The position numbers and the translations under genes were made by a program. Source: Octopus vulgaris (taxonomy: Eukaryota). Taken from it: a DNA stretch of 64,000 nt. The stretch is from contig OX597823.1 in NCBI GenBank assembly GCA_951406725.2, forward strand, positions 107,198,001 through 107,262,000. The letters are read 5' to 3'. Positions 45,393-58,577 of the stretch are shown here, one piece after another. Every line of letters starts with the position of its first letter. Positions within the stretch are counted from its first letter, which is position 1. The notes under the pieces are model-generated. The model saw nothing but the letters and a program-made list of their open reading frames with translations, was not told where the DNA came from and did no database searches.

Positions 45393-45665
45393 TATATAAA
45401 TTAAATTAGAGATAAAACCACTATTAGGCAACTCAAACAGTGATAGACAAACCAAAACATAAAAAACAAAAAATATATATAATTAATATAATATATAATA
45501 TATATATAAAATATAAAATTTTAAATTTAAATTATTAAAATTTAAAATTTTTGAATTTATATTTTTAATATAAATTTAAAAATTTACATTTTTAATATAA
45601 ATTTAAAAATTTAATATAAATTTTAAAATGCCTAATAGTGTTTTTATCTCTAATTTAATTTATAT
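45393..45665. repeat. Inverted repeat with ~37-bp arms around an AT-rich spacer
   Basis: atataaattaaattagagataaaaccactattaggca pairs with tgcctaatagtgtttttatctctaatttaatttatat. Confidence 0.75.
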
Positions 45666-45729
45666 TTATACTGTGAAATTTGATTTAATCCTAAATCTAA
45701 TTATTCTCTGTAAGTTTGGATATACTCCC

Positions 45730-45801
<72 letters not shown>

Positions 45802-45860
45802 TATATACATACATACATACATACAAAGATACATACATACATACATACATACATACATAC

Positions 45861-45907
<47 letters not shown>

Positions 45908-46049
45908 CATACATGCATACATACATATATACACAACGTATATACGCATACAAATATATTAAAAACTGTCTGGTGCATTGGATATCAAAATAAGAAAATG
46001 ATGCAAAATTTAATGTAATATAATTAATTGAAATATAAATATGAAAAAG

Positions 46050-47204
46050 TATAAATTTAAAACTTATATTTGAAAATGAGTAAAAATTTGACCTCGGTGA
46101 AATCTAAATTTAAATTTGTAAATAGTCGAAGGTTTGCTCGAAAGTAGAAAAATGTAAAATGTAAATGCGATAAGTGTATAATGAATATTATACAAAATGT
46201 TGTGGAAAAGCCAAATTCAAATGTGTAAGTCAAATAGCCGTTCGGTATTTTATCACTCGACGTTTTACACGTCGTAGCATGCCTGCAGGAATTCAAAAGC
46301 TCCCGTCTTTGGTTCAATGCGTATTTATTCTGGAACAGGATGAAGAGCTTTTCCGTTAGGCACAAATTGCACATCATTGGGCGTCTATATACTCCATGCT
46401 GATATGGTGTGCAGCTTTCTCCAAGATAGTCCAGCTAATATTGAAAGGACGAGTATCATTTTCTTTCAAATGCCAGACATGTTTGGCAACGCTCGTTGCT
46501 GTCCTGTTTTCGGTGTATCGAAATGAATTTCGGTTGGAATATTATCTAGTTTTAAAGAAATTTTCTGAAGTTCCTGTATATGTTTTGTATTCTTGTGAAC
46601 CATCTATTTGCACCTTAGCTCTATAAACAATTCCTTTCTCTAGACAATTTCCTCCTAACGGACAGCAACTCTGGTATTTACATTTGCAATTATTCTGGGT
46701 TAATTCCGGCACTATGGTTGCTTTTTAATAGTTTTCTTGTCGTGCAGGTTAATTAAAGAAGCTCTTGCAACAAGAATAGTTATTCTTTGGGGCGCTTCTA
46801 TTAAAAATTCTATAGAACTTATGGTTTTCTTGAAGTGCCTAGAAACTAGTTTCAAGAATTCTCTATCCATATTAGTTTTTACTGCAATGTTTAATGCCGG
46901 ATTAAACCATAATACTTTCCTGGATCTAATTCTACGTGTCCTATTATTGCTAGTAGTACTTTGCTGGATCTTCGAGAATTCGCCGTCCCTTAATGCATTA
47001 TTATAATACAGCGCGGCATTTTGAATCGCTTTCTCCATATTAATCACTAAATTCTTAAGTTGAATGATTTGGCTTTTTGTTAATATAATATAGTTTTTCA
47101 TTAGGTTTGCGGTAGGGTTTAAATTTATCTAATTGCAATTTTAAGTTAATATCTAAAAACTTTACATTATTAAGATTAGAGTCTATCGTTACCCGTTCGC
47201 CCAT
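46050..47204 (-). mobile_element. Penelope-like element, 3' coding part (end of RT, linker, GIY-YIG)
   Basis: VKFLDINLKL..FKPYRKPN, RSRKVLWFNP..VKTN..EFLKLVSRHF, CNC..CPLGGNCLEKGIVYRAKV..YTGTSEN, CNLCLTEKLFIL and LNQRRELLNSCRH. Confidence 0.88.
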
Positions 47205-47660
47205 TCTTTGGAAGAAAGTAATAAGTCAGTTATAGATTGGTTCAAGGGAATTAGCCATAGATGGAACTGCAAATTTACACAGTTCGATATTGTTGATTTT
47301 TACCCGTCAATATCCAGGCCTTTACTTCTTAAAGCATTAGACTTCGCCAAGCGATACGTTACTATCGACAGTTCGGATGTAGATATTATCCTGCATGCAA
47401 GGAAATCCATCCTTTTTTACGATGATTCCACCTGGAACAAAAACAGTGAGGATTCTTTATTCGATATGCCGGGAAGGGAAGGAGCCTATATTTTGCATAA
47501 CCTGCATCAGGAATTCCCTTTTATAGATACAGGATTATACAAGGATGACAGACTTTTAGCTACCCGTAATATGAACGACTAATGAGTTAGATAGACTTAG
47601 GAAGAATCTTATTGCTTTCCTCCAAAGATTGCGCTTTCGGATAACGATAGACACTAAACT
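47205..47660 (+). mobile_element. Penelope RT core segment, inverted relative to the adjacent 3' part
   Basis: VIDWFK..FTQFDIVDFYPSIS..LLKALDFA..IILHARKSILF..GLYKDD..LDRLRK..ITIDTKL. Confidence 0.85.
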
Positions 47661-48517
47661 TCTTTCTCTAACTTGCAACATCATAGTTGTGCATATAGAA
47701 CATACGCACGGAGACGTATGATGTGTGTATATATATATATGTATGTAGATACCTATAGAAACATTAGTATACATATTTACTTTTATATTTTGCTTGTATA
47801 TGTTTGTATATATGTATGCATGTATTAACGTTTCTATGTGTAGGTCTGCATATGTATTTTGTGTGTGTATGAATAAGTAAACGTTTGTATACGTTGTACG
47901 TGTGTTTATCTTTATTCTGTTTAGCTCTCTAGAAGTGAATATTTTATTATAAACAGACTTATAATTATTTAATTAAATTTATTAATTAATTGATTCTGGG
48001 TATACATGTTTTTTCCTTCTAGCTTTTCTTATTCATATATATATATTGTGATAAAACTAGTACATTCATGCGCAAATAATAAGACGTGAAAATCAGAATT
48101 GGAATTTGATAGATTGCCAATATGTCTGTGTTTGCGTGCGTGTTTGTGTGCATGTGCATCGGGCATATGTATTTATTGTGCTACTTATATGCATACACAT
48201 AAGCATGCATATACACATGAATGCATACATACATACATACACACACACACATACACACACACACATATATATATAAATATATATATATATATACATACAT
48301 AAATATATTACATGCATTTTGTAATGTTTACATTTAGAGGATTAGCATTATTTAAGGAACGAGCCTTGTTCCTTTTGAAGATGCATCTGTGTGTATGACA
48401 TACAGGATCCGGTATACACGTGATTTGCTCATGCAAACTTCACATATACTTATATGTAAGTGTGTAGGGAAGTCACTGAAGCCGAGAGTGATCTGGCCTG
48501 CAGCTGTGCAACGACAG

Positions 48518-48672
<155 letters not shown>

Positions 48673-48991
48673 TAGATCATGATAATATTAGTTCACAATT
48701 TCAAAATCTATAACTAAATAGTTCTGATGGAAATATTCCAAACACCGAAGCGGTGATCTGTATGGGGTCTAGCATTTTGCAGTTTATATAGACAAATCCA
48801 TCACCAGTACTCGTTCCTTTGTATGTACACTTAAGTACACAAAACACACTCATACACTCATAAATGCATACATATATTCATACACAGACATATATAAGTG
48901 TGCGTCTGTACATATATATAAATATATAAATATATATATATATATACATACATATATATATATCCATACATATATATATATATATATGTAT

Positions 48992-49058
<67 letters not shown>

Positions 49059-49060
<2 letters not shown>

Positions 49061-50245
49061 GGGTGTGGTGAATTAATTGTCGTCTGAATTACACAAAAAT
49101 GAAATAGCACTGCTGACATCTCTTTTTAACAGATACATTTACCAAAATTACATAAAGCTATCTTGAAATACTAACGAGTAAATTTATTTAAATAAAATCG
49201 CCATTGACCTTAACCACGGCCTCTAAACGACTTCGGAATCTCCTGCAACTCTTCTTGGTTGTCTCCTTGTTTAAGTTGGTGAATGCTACCATAATCTTTA
49301 CCTTCAGCTCATCTTTGGTGTTACAAGGAGTTTTGTTGGTCCCTCGCTCAGCTGAACCCCACACATAATAAACAAGGAGGTTGCAGTCTGGGAAGTTAGG
49401 TGGCAAAATGACAGACATAGGGTCTTCCAGCAGTCACCCTCTTGACCTTGATCGAGGGTAGCACTACCCGCTCCAAGCACTTGATGTAGGCCTCAGTGTT
49501 GAATGTGAAGCCGTGTGGGAAGATGAATGGAGTTATAACGTCACCATCACTAGTGATCCCTTCAAACACCATGATGTTGATTGGATGTTTGAGTTTTTTC
49601 ACTTTCGGTACATGTTTTGGGGACGCGCAAACCAACGGTTGTTCTATGTGTTCAACATCTGATCCGGTCAGAAACTGTTCTTGTCTGAGAAAAACCAAGG
49701 CATGTTCAGTTGGAGAGGATGCTTCAGTTTGTTCAAAAGCTTCCTCTTGTCCTTGATGGCTTGGGATAAAAATTGGCCCTTTCTCTTCTTGTATGAGGAA
49801 TACCAAATGACTTCATGTACTACTCGTCTGATAAGAAACTCAGACACAACCATATCCCTGGCGATGGATGTGATTGACTTGGAGGGATCGTTGTCAATCA
49901 TGGTTCGGATCTCACCAACAAATTCAGGAGCTTTTTTCTTATCGGAACGATAAGAGTGAGTTTTACGAGCTGTGGTACCTTCGTTATCACCATTAGACTC
50001 TTCCAGATCTTTCCAAATCTTCTGCACTGTCCTCAGATTGACAACCAAACACTCTGAAATGTTCGTATTGGAGCTTTCAGCACGAATGCCCAGCAGTACA
50101 GCATGTCGTCTCCATATTTCTGGCAGAGTAAATTGCCTCATGGCGTTGTTTTTCTCATAGACAGTCCCCAACTGACCCTACTGTACAATGTAGTCGACAA
50201 AATCAAAAACAATGCTCATGCACGAAATTTAAAATGTTAAGACTT
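49059..50245 (-). mobile_element. Decayed Tc1/mariner transposon, DD37D (maT)-like
   Basis: An HTH region is followed by WFFSDK, MVFEGITSDG, LPPNFPDCNLLVYYVWG (WPPNSPDxNPLDY) and FRSRLEAVVKVNGDFI. The left end is TA|CAGGGTG. The second catalytic D segment is deleted and the right TIR was not found. Confidence 0.8.
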
Positions 50246-50473
50246 TCTCACCTTCCAGAGCGTTAAGCTAATACACCAGTTTGATGTTTATACACCTATC
50301 TACGTCTTTTCTTTCTTTGTAAATTCCAACTATATATTGCATGCTCACGTGGTTTCACCAGTTTTATCCTGCTTGTACCTCCTACACTTCGGACATCTAC
50401 CTGGATTTTATATATACATATATGTATATATACATATACAAAGAATATATATATATATATATATATACATATA

Positions 50474-51748
50474 CAGGTCTTGGACAAAATAATGGAAACA
50501 CCTTAAAATTTTGAACAAATTTATTTTAATAAATAATTACTGACCGTCTTTGGCAGTAATTACAGCTTGAACTCTACGAGGTATGCACTCGTACAAAGCT
50601 CGATTTGTTTCCAAAGGAATTTTTGTCCATTCTTCAGATTACACAGTATCCAGTTCTTGTAGTGATGATGGTGGAGGATATCGACTCCTTCCTTTTTGTT
50701 CTTTTCTAAAATGCACCCTTAATATTCAATAATATTGAGATCTGGGGACTGTGGTAGCCATATAAGATGTTCAACTTCACTAGAATGTTCCTTGTGCTAT
50801 TCAGTAACAACTTTAGCTGTGTGAATTGGTGTATTATCATCCTGGAAGATTGCGTTTCCCTCCGGAAACTGTTCCGCAACCATAGGATAAATTTGATCAG
50901 ATAAAATAATTAAATAGTCTTGACTATTAATTCAGCCATAAAGGGAAACCATTGGGCTGGCGGATTTCTAAGATATAGCTTCCCGCCAGATTATCCCAGA
51001 TCCTCCTCCATATTTAACAGTTGGAAGAAGGAAATCTGAGTCAAATGCTTCTTTTGGCTGTCTCCACACGTATACTTGACCGGTGGTCGGAAATAAGGTA
51101 AAGGATGACTCGTCCGAGTAAATAACATTTTCCCACTGCTCTAGGGATCAATTCTGTAGGCTTTTACTCCATTCTAAACGCTTCACAATGTTTGTTTTTG
51201 AAATAATGGTTTTATGATTGTCGCCCTCCCATGGAATCAGGCTTTGTGCAGCTCTTGACGAACAGTTTTCGTGGAAACTGGGTTCTCGGGGTGGTCACTA
51301 AGCTCTGCAGTAATTTTGAGAGCTGTACTTTTGTGATCATTTCTAACAATTCGCGTAAGAGTCTAGCGGTCCCTATCTGAAAGTTTTGGTTTTCTTCCGG
51401 AGATTTTTTCGACGAGGTTTTTCCCTCTTTCTCAAAGGCTGTCATTACTTTCAAGACAGCACTTGTTGATACACCAAACATTTCGGCTGTTTTCGTTACG
51501 CTAGTGCCTGCCATATGAGCACCAACAATTTGACCTCTTTGAAAGTTCGATTAATCGGTCATTTTAATAAATTTTAATTCCCTTTTTCAGATGATATCTG
51601 GAAATAGCAATTTTAGGAAAACATATTAAGCAACACTAATAATAAATCAAAAAAACATAAAAACAAACAAGCTTTTTTCAGTTATAAAGATATCTGAAAA
51701 TTATGATGCTATGATGCTAGGTGTTTCCATTATTTTGTCCAACTTCTG
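50474..51748 (-). mobile_element. Tc1 (DD34E) transposon with ~30-bp TIRs and TA target duplication; transposase is a pseudogene
   Basis: TIRs are TA|CAGGTCTTGGACAAAATAATGGAAACACCT and AGGTGTTTCCATTATTTTGTCCAACTTCTG|TA. The protein reads FQRGQIVGAHMAGTSVTKTA, VIYSDES, TVKYGGGS, IFQDDNTPIH and QSPDLNIIE. Confidence 0.93.
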
Positions 51749-51826
<78 letters not shown>

Positions 51827-52019
51827 AATATATATATATATGTATATATGTATATGTATATATATGTATATATATATATGTATATATATGTATATATATA
51901 TATGTACATATATATGTATATATATATGTGTGTGTGTACATATATATATATATATATATATACATCTATGCATATATATATATATATATACATATGTATA
52001 TATATAGACATATATATAT

Positions 52020-52214
52020 GTTACTCCTTTAGTAGTGCACCACCTTAAAGGGATTTAGTCGAAGAAATCGATTCCAGGAATTATTCTTTGTATGTCTAGT
52101 ACTTACTCTATCAGTTTCTTTCGCCCAACCACAAGCTAACGGGAACGTAAACACACCAACATCGGTTGTCAAGCGATGGTGGCGGGTAGAAACACAGACA
52201 CAAACACACACACA

Positions 52215-52248
<34 letters not shown>

Positions 52249-52250
52249 TC
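52020..52250 (-). mobile_element. SINE family A, 3' half
   Basis: caccacctt...ttagtcgaagaaatcga...gtaaacacaccaacatcggttgtcaagcgatg followed by (CA)n. Confidence 0.7.
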
Positions 52251-53098
52251 ACATATACAGAAGCTTGTATGGACGTATGTTTATACGTTATAATAAAAGA
52301 AGCACAATGTCAATGAAGGATTGAATATGATGAAGGCAGAGTTGATAATATTTATGACTTCATTAAGAACTTTCGAAATATATAAATAATTCGAATAGGT
52401 GATGATGCCTTGAGAGATAAAGTCGACGAAATTATTTATGAATTGAAATTTGAGTCTTGGAGAAATAAAACAAAATGCTGTAGCAATTGTTAGTAACACA
52501 CAAAGAAAAAGGGAAAGAATTTTTTAAAAATTCAGAATATATTACACAGAAAGTTGATATTTCTTCGAAGAAACTAAAGAGAATCGAACTCTTGACAAAA
52601 GACAAGGTTGCAGCTATAACCAAGTTTCGTTGCTATTCGACCTCATCGCTGAATCATTATTTTCTCAAGCCCTATTTTTATCAAAAAACTATTTTACGAG
52701 TAGAAGTTAAATAATTACGAAAACGAAATCAAGGGAAATAACTAAATTCACTTTATGTCACGAATATAAATATATTAGATAGGTGGTGCCGGACTAAATG
52801 ACATACTTAAAAAAGAAAGTAGCCTTCTAAATGGAATCAATTTTATTTCTAAGTTAAAATATTAAAACAAATGACTACCTAGTGGTCATTGCTACCCTTC
52901 AAAATAAAGATTGATTTCCTCTGTTTTTTGTATATAAGCATATTTGCTCATGTGTGAGTATGTGTGTGTCTGCATGAATACTTGCGTCAGTATGTTTATT
53001 ATCATTTACACATCTTAGATGTTGATCCATGCGTTTCAAAGAATAAAAGGGAGATGATTGGGTAAGTTCTTTGCATATATGGAATGTACATGCAGATA

Positions 53099-53363
53099 CT
53101 CTGACCCGTTATGTTTCTGCGCCGTTTCGGGTACGCATTTCGTAGAAAGACGAACGCAGCGCTGCAAAACGATGACGGTCTGGCATGGCGGGAGCCGGAG
53201 AATTGAGCGGCGCGCTCTTCAGTCTATGAAACGAAGATAGTTATTATGAAACATCTATATAGGAATCCTCTATATGTTAATGCCATGGGACCTAGATCAA
53301 CGCACTTCAGTGACCACTCTAGGTCAACGTAGCCTTACCATTCTTATACCCTAAAATATATCC
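53099..53363. repeat. Copy 1 of an unclassified ~270-bp direct repeat
   Basis: ctctgacccgttatgtttc...ccctaaaatatatcc is near-identical to 55850-56123 apart from one ~9-bp indel and a few substitutions. Confidence 0.9.
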
Positions 53364-54076
53364 TTGCTATGTTAGACATTATTAAAAGTGGAAGGAGAGT
53401 TTTGCACACACCAAAGTAAGATATATGTCGTATTGTATTCGTTATTTAAAGTATATTGGTGTAAGCTAAGCCTTGATGAAAGTATCATATGATAAAGATC
53501 TTAATACTAAATGCGAGGTCATGTATGTATATAGATATTTTTGTATCATATACAAATGAAAATGTCTTCTTTTTGTGTGAAGAGAATATAATGTATTCAC
53601 ATTAGTTTACATAACACATTGTAGGCGTGTTAATGTTGACTAACTATACTTACATTTCATATGGCCGTTGTTTGTACATAAAATATTGACGTATTTAATA
53701 ATACTGGTGACTAATGTAATTTCTAAAATTTACTAAAGCCAGTTCAACTCCATTTGCTACCAAGTTCTCTTCTTCCGTTATCAAGAATACTTGCCGTCTA
53801 AAGAACAGGTAACCAGCCATGAGCGGGATATCAGTCATTGGCAAAGCCAAGAAAGGAAGAAATTACATGATCTGGCTGTTCCGATGCCCGTAGCGGATGG
53901 TTTTCACTCGCCAACGATATAAACACGAGTGATCTATGAGAGGTACAATCATGGCAAATAACGCAGTGTTTTTCTTCCAACACGTCATCTACTTTAAGTG
54001 GGAAATAAATATTACCTTCTGGTATTAATACTGCTTCTGTCGCATGTTTAACATACATATAGATAGATAGATAGAC

Positions 54077-54137
<61 letters not shown>

Positions 54138-54988
54138 TGATTCTTTATTAGCCACACAGGGCTGCACACAGATAGAACAAATTACAAGGTAGAGCTTTTC
54201 TTTTGAAGGTTTAAAAAAAAAAATAAAAAATAAAAAAAAAAAAAAAATAACAAATAAAATAAAATAAAAAAGGGGGGTCGATCAAAAGGGATCGTAAAAG
54301 GAGAGAAAGAGGACAAAAAAGGGGGGTTAAAAAAAGGGGGAGAGGAAAAAAACATTGATCAATAGGGATCGTTATCACAGAAATGTCAATATGAAGTGTA
54401 AAGGGGAGGACAGGTGAGGTTTACCCGTGGAAAGAAAAGCCTACGGAAAAGACCACGGTAACCTCGGTCAATGAAGTCACATGTTATATTTTTTTTTTTT
54501 TTTTTTTTTGCAAATAAGCAACTCTCTGTATTAATTTTTACGGTTCATAGAATCATAGTCAAGGTGGCTTCGTCATTCATACGTGCCATCCTTGCTACAT
54601 TCACCCATCTTTTTTTAAAACATTCACTAGACAAAACTTGCCTCTCTACTCTCACTTTTTTCTTCAAGTGATACTTGAAGAAGTTGATGAGAGATTGACC
54701 AGAGAGGAAAGTGTTTGTCTCTAATCCTTTCAGACGCGTCCACCAGATACATTCTTTCGCCATAGCCACAAGTATGATAAAAATAGCTCTTCCTTCCCGT
54801 TTGAAGGAAGGAGGCGTGACGATATTAACGATAGACTCGGCTGATAAACCGACACGTCCCACACGTGACATCAGTCGTTCGACATAAGCCCACAGGTGGG
54901 AAATTGCTGGACACTGCACGATTACGTGCAGAGCGGTTTCGTCGCTCTGCCCGCATCTCGGGCAGGTCGGCCCCGTGTTTCTCGAGCC
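54138..54988 (-). mobile_element. Second independent 5'-truncated Tx1/L1-clade LINE copy
   Basis: Open frame 54988-54545 reads GSRNTGPTCPRCGQSDETALHVIVQCP...AKECIWWTRLKG...TMIL*. The 3' end is GTGTGCAGCCCTGTGTGGCTAATAAAGAATC. (GATA)n flanks both sides. Confidence 0.9.
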
Positions 54989-55077
<89 letters not shown>

Positions 55078-55574
55078 TAGATATAGATATAGACATATAT
55101 AGTCACATGCATGCATGCATACATACGTACATTCATACATATACATACATTCATACATACATACATATATACATATATACATATACATGCATACATACAT
55201 ACATGCATACATACATACATACATACATACATACATACATACATACATACATACATACATACATACACACATACATACATACATACATAGTTATTTAATA
55301 ACTGCATCCAGTTGAAAATGTACATTGCGAACAATACTAAGGCGATATTTATACTTCAAGATTTCAAAGCGGTTTTACGCAACCCACTAACCCCGCACCT
55401 TTCGTATGCACGCATACACACCTACGCGAGCACACATACAGACACGAGTATCTGCATATACATTCCATATATGCAAAGAACTTACCCAATCTTCTCCCTT
55501 TTATTCTTTCAAACGCATGGATCAACATCTAAGATCTATTTTTATTTGAGTCACTAAGGTATAAAACTGCTTGC

Positions 55575-55634
<60 letters not shown>

Positions 55635-55849
55635 CGTGTGTGCGTGCGTGCGTGCGTGCGTGCGTGCGTGTGTGTGAGTTTGTGCGCGCGCGTTATTAGA
55701 GTAGATATATCGATCTTTCGTCATTCAATAAAGACAATTGAATTACAATTTAAGCGTCTGAAAATTTCACAATCACTTATATTCTTTAAGTGACCCAAGG
55801 CAAGAGTCAACATGACAAGTTGGTCTAGCCCAATATGGTGCGTTGTGAC

Positions 55850-56123
55850 CTCTGACCCGTTATGTTTCGGCGCCGTTTCGGGTACGCAGGCGGGTGTCTT
55901 CGTAGAAAGACGAACGCAGCGCTGCAAAACGATGACGGTCTGGCATGGCGGGAGCCGGAGAATTGAGCGGCGCGCTCTTCATTCTATGAAACGAAGATAG
56001 TTATTATGAAACATCTATATAGGAATCCTATATATGTTAATGCCATGGGACCTAGATCAACGCACTTCAGTGACCACTCTAGGTCAACGTAGCCTTACCA
56101 TTCTTATACCCTAAAATATATCC
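55850..56123. repeat. Copy 2 of the unclassified ~270-bp direct repeat
   Basis: Near-identical to 53099-53363. Confidence 0.9.
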
Positions 56124-56371
56124 ATGAATTGTAGTCATTTCAAAATACCAAGAGACGCAGATGGAACTTACGAAGAAAGGAAATGTAAAGTGGTATTGAA
56201 TGGAAGAAACGGTGAGAGAAAAGAAAAAAAACCTGATTAAAGGAACAAAAATGGGAAGCGCTCAAAAATTGCATAAATACAGAGAAAGAACAAGAACGAT
56301 AGGGGAAAAGAATAAATAATGAAATGAAATATCAAAAGATATATATATATATTATATTATATATTATATTA

Positions 56372-56767
56372 CTAGCAGTATCGCCCGGCGTTGCTCGGGT
56401 TTGTAAGGGAAATAACTATATAAGCATTTTTAGAGAGTTATAGCCCAAAAATAGCAAAAAAATGCATTAAAAATGGAAAAAAAATTATGGTAAATTTTTT
56501 TTTAAATCGTTGACTCATCGTAGACATTTTTAGAGAGTTACTTCCCTTATATAATAGTGAAAAATGCATTAAAATGGAAAAAATCACGGTAAATTATTTT
56601 TAAAATCGTAGACTCATCGTAGACGCGCGCTAATACCCAGAAGGGCTCGATATGAATCACGACTGTAAGACACCCGCTTTTGGTTAAACTGCACCGCAAA
56701 ATGTGGGAGTAGTTAGGAATCTAAATCGTAGGAGACAGACACACAACCTCTCTTTTATATATAAAGA
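56372..56767 (-). mobile_element. Non-autonomous Helitron, complete
   Basis: Minus strand reads A|TCTTTATATATAAAAGAG...CCCGAGCAACGCCGGG (hairpin) cgatactgCTAG|T. It contains an internal ~100-bp tandem duplication. Confidence 0.8.
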
Positions 56768-58094
56768 TATTATATTACATTATATTATATTATATTATCT
56801 TATATTTAAATTTGAAAAATGTGGAGGAAATAACAATGCGAAAAAGGAAAATTACAAAGACAAACTATGTAAATGAAAGAAAAAATACATGAAGGAAAGT
56901 GAGAAAAATAATGAAGGAATCACGAAGAAATAATTGTTTAAATGTTTAGGAAAGAAAGATAATTAAAAGAAGGAATTAATGAAAGGGAAAGAAATAGCAA
57001 AACAAAAAAAAAAACACGAAAGATGTGGTTAATGAGAGAGAGGGTAAGATTATGTATGTGTGTGTTTGTGTATGTGTGTGTAAGAGTGTGTGAGGTGTGC
57101 GTGGCAAATCAATGAAAATTGCCTTGTAAACAGGCTGAAACACGTCAGAGTGTATTTTGTACTAAATGACAGGAGCAAAGCAGCGTTCAATAGAGAAATC
57201 TATATGAGAAGAGAGAAGTAAAGAACTAAAGAAATTATATGCGAAAATGAGACATTCTCTTGTAGCAAAGATTATTAATAGGATGTTTATGTATTTTCTA
57301 TCTTGCTTAATAATTGATGTTGCAGGCAACTTAATTATGAATGAATGTATATATATATGTGCTGATACACATACTAACATCTATACGATTTCTCTGTCAC
57401 TCCTCCTCACAATCTACCTCACGCGCATATGCACACATACAGCGCCAAACAAAGTACAATATACGCTAATAATGACTATTAACTTACAAACAATTGAAGG
57501 CATACAAACGGATACACGTACATTCAGAGATGTGTGCATATGTGTGTACAGGGCGTGTTTAAACACACACACAAACACACACATACACACATGTGCAGAG
57601 AGAGAGAGAGAGAGAGAGAGAGGCGGGTGTTAGGTTGTTGTACAGTATGACTGTTGATGACATTGACTGTCTTCTCCAGGTCTATTGAAGACCCAGAACT
57701 CAGCACCCTTGGCGAACTTGGCCGTTGAAAGTTAAATGTCATGGTCGGATAATAGATAATTCGATTCGCAGAAAACGAACACGCAACTGCAGATGAATCT
57801 GAATTTGCATTTTTTTCGTTGTTGTTGTTTTTCGTATACACTCTATTTCTATATATGTCTGTCTTTTTATATCTCTCTCTCACCTTCCCTCACTTGCCTT
57901 CTCACTCTGTCTCTTCATTCCCCTTTATAGACACCGACACAATGTGATTCATTCCACGATCAATTCTAGATACTGATTACATCCTCCCTCCGTAAATGTT
58001 CCTTTCCTCACGAATGTCATGCAGCTTATCTCCAATACGTTGACATATTTAAACGCTTTAAATTGATTGACCTCCGAATACATACATACATGCA

Positions 58095-58192
<98 letters not shown>

Positions 58193-58542
58193 TGTATATA
58201 CACGTTATTTAGCTTACTTCCGAAGCTGCTCGTAAGTTATTCTCATCGGGGTGAATGCACTCTGATCTCTCGGTAAAGTACTAGGGTATTTATGTAGTTT
58301 TGTAAACCATTAGCGGTTCATAAATAGATATTTAAATAAAACGATCATTTCCTCACGCGCGTACGTGTATGACTCTGCATAAAGATATTTGTATATCTAA
58401 ATTATATCTTACAATACCTAACTATTTATCTATCTATCTATCCATATATATATATATATCTTCGAACCATGGGGATATATATATATATAAAATTCAGGGT
58501 GAGTACTTGATAATTTATATTATATATATGTATATATATAAT

Positions 58543-58577
58543 ATAGGAGTGGCTGTGTGGTAAGTAGCTTGCTAACC
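58543..58577 (+). mobile_element. SINE family A 5' head, interrupted by the 58578-60580 insertion
   Basis: ATAGGAGTGGCTGTGTGGTAAGTAGCTTGCTAACC; the SINE resumes at 60581. Confidence 0.85.
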
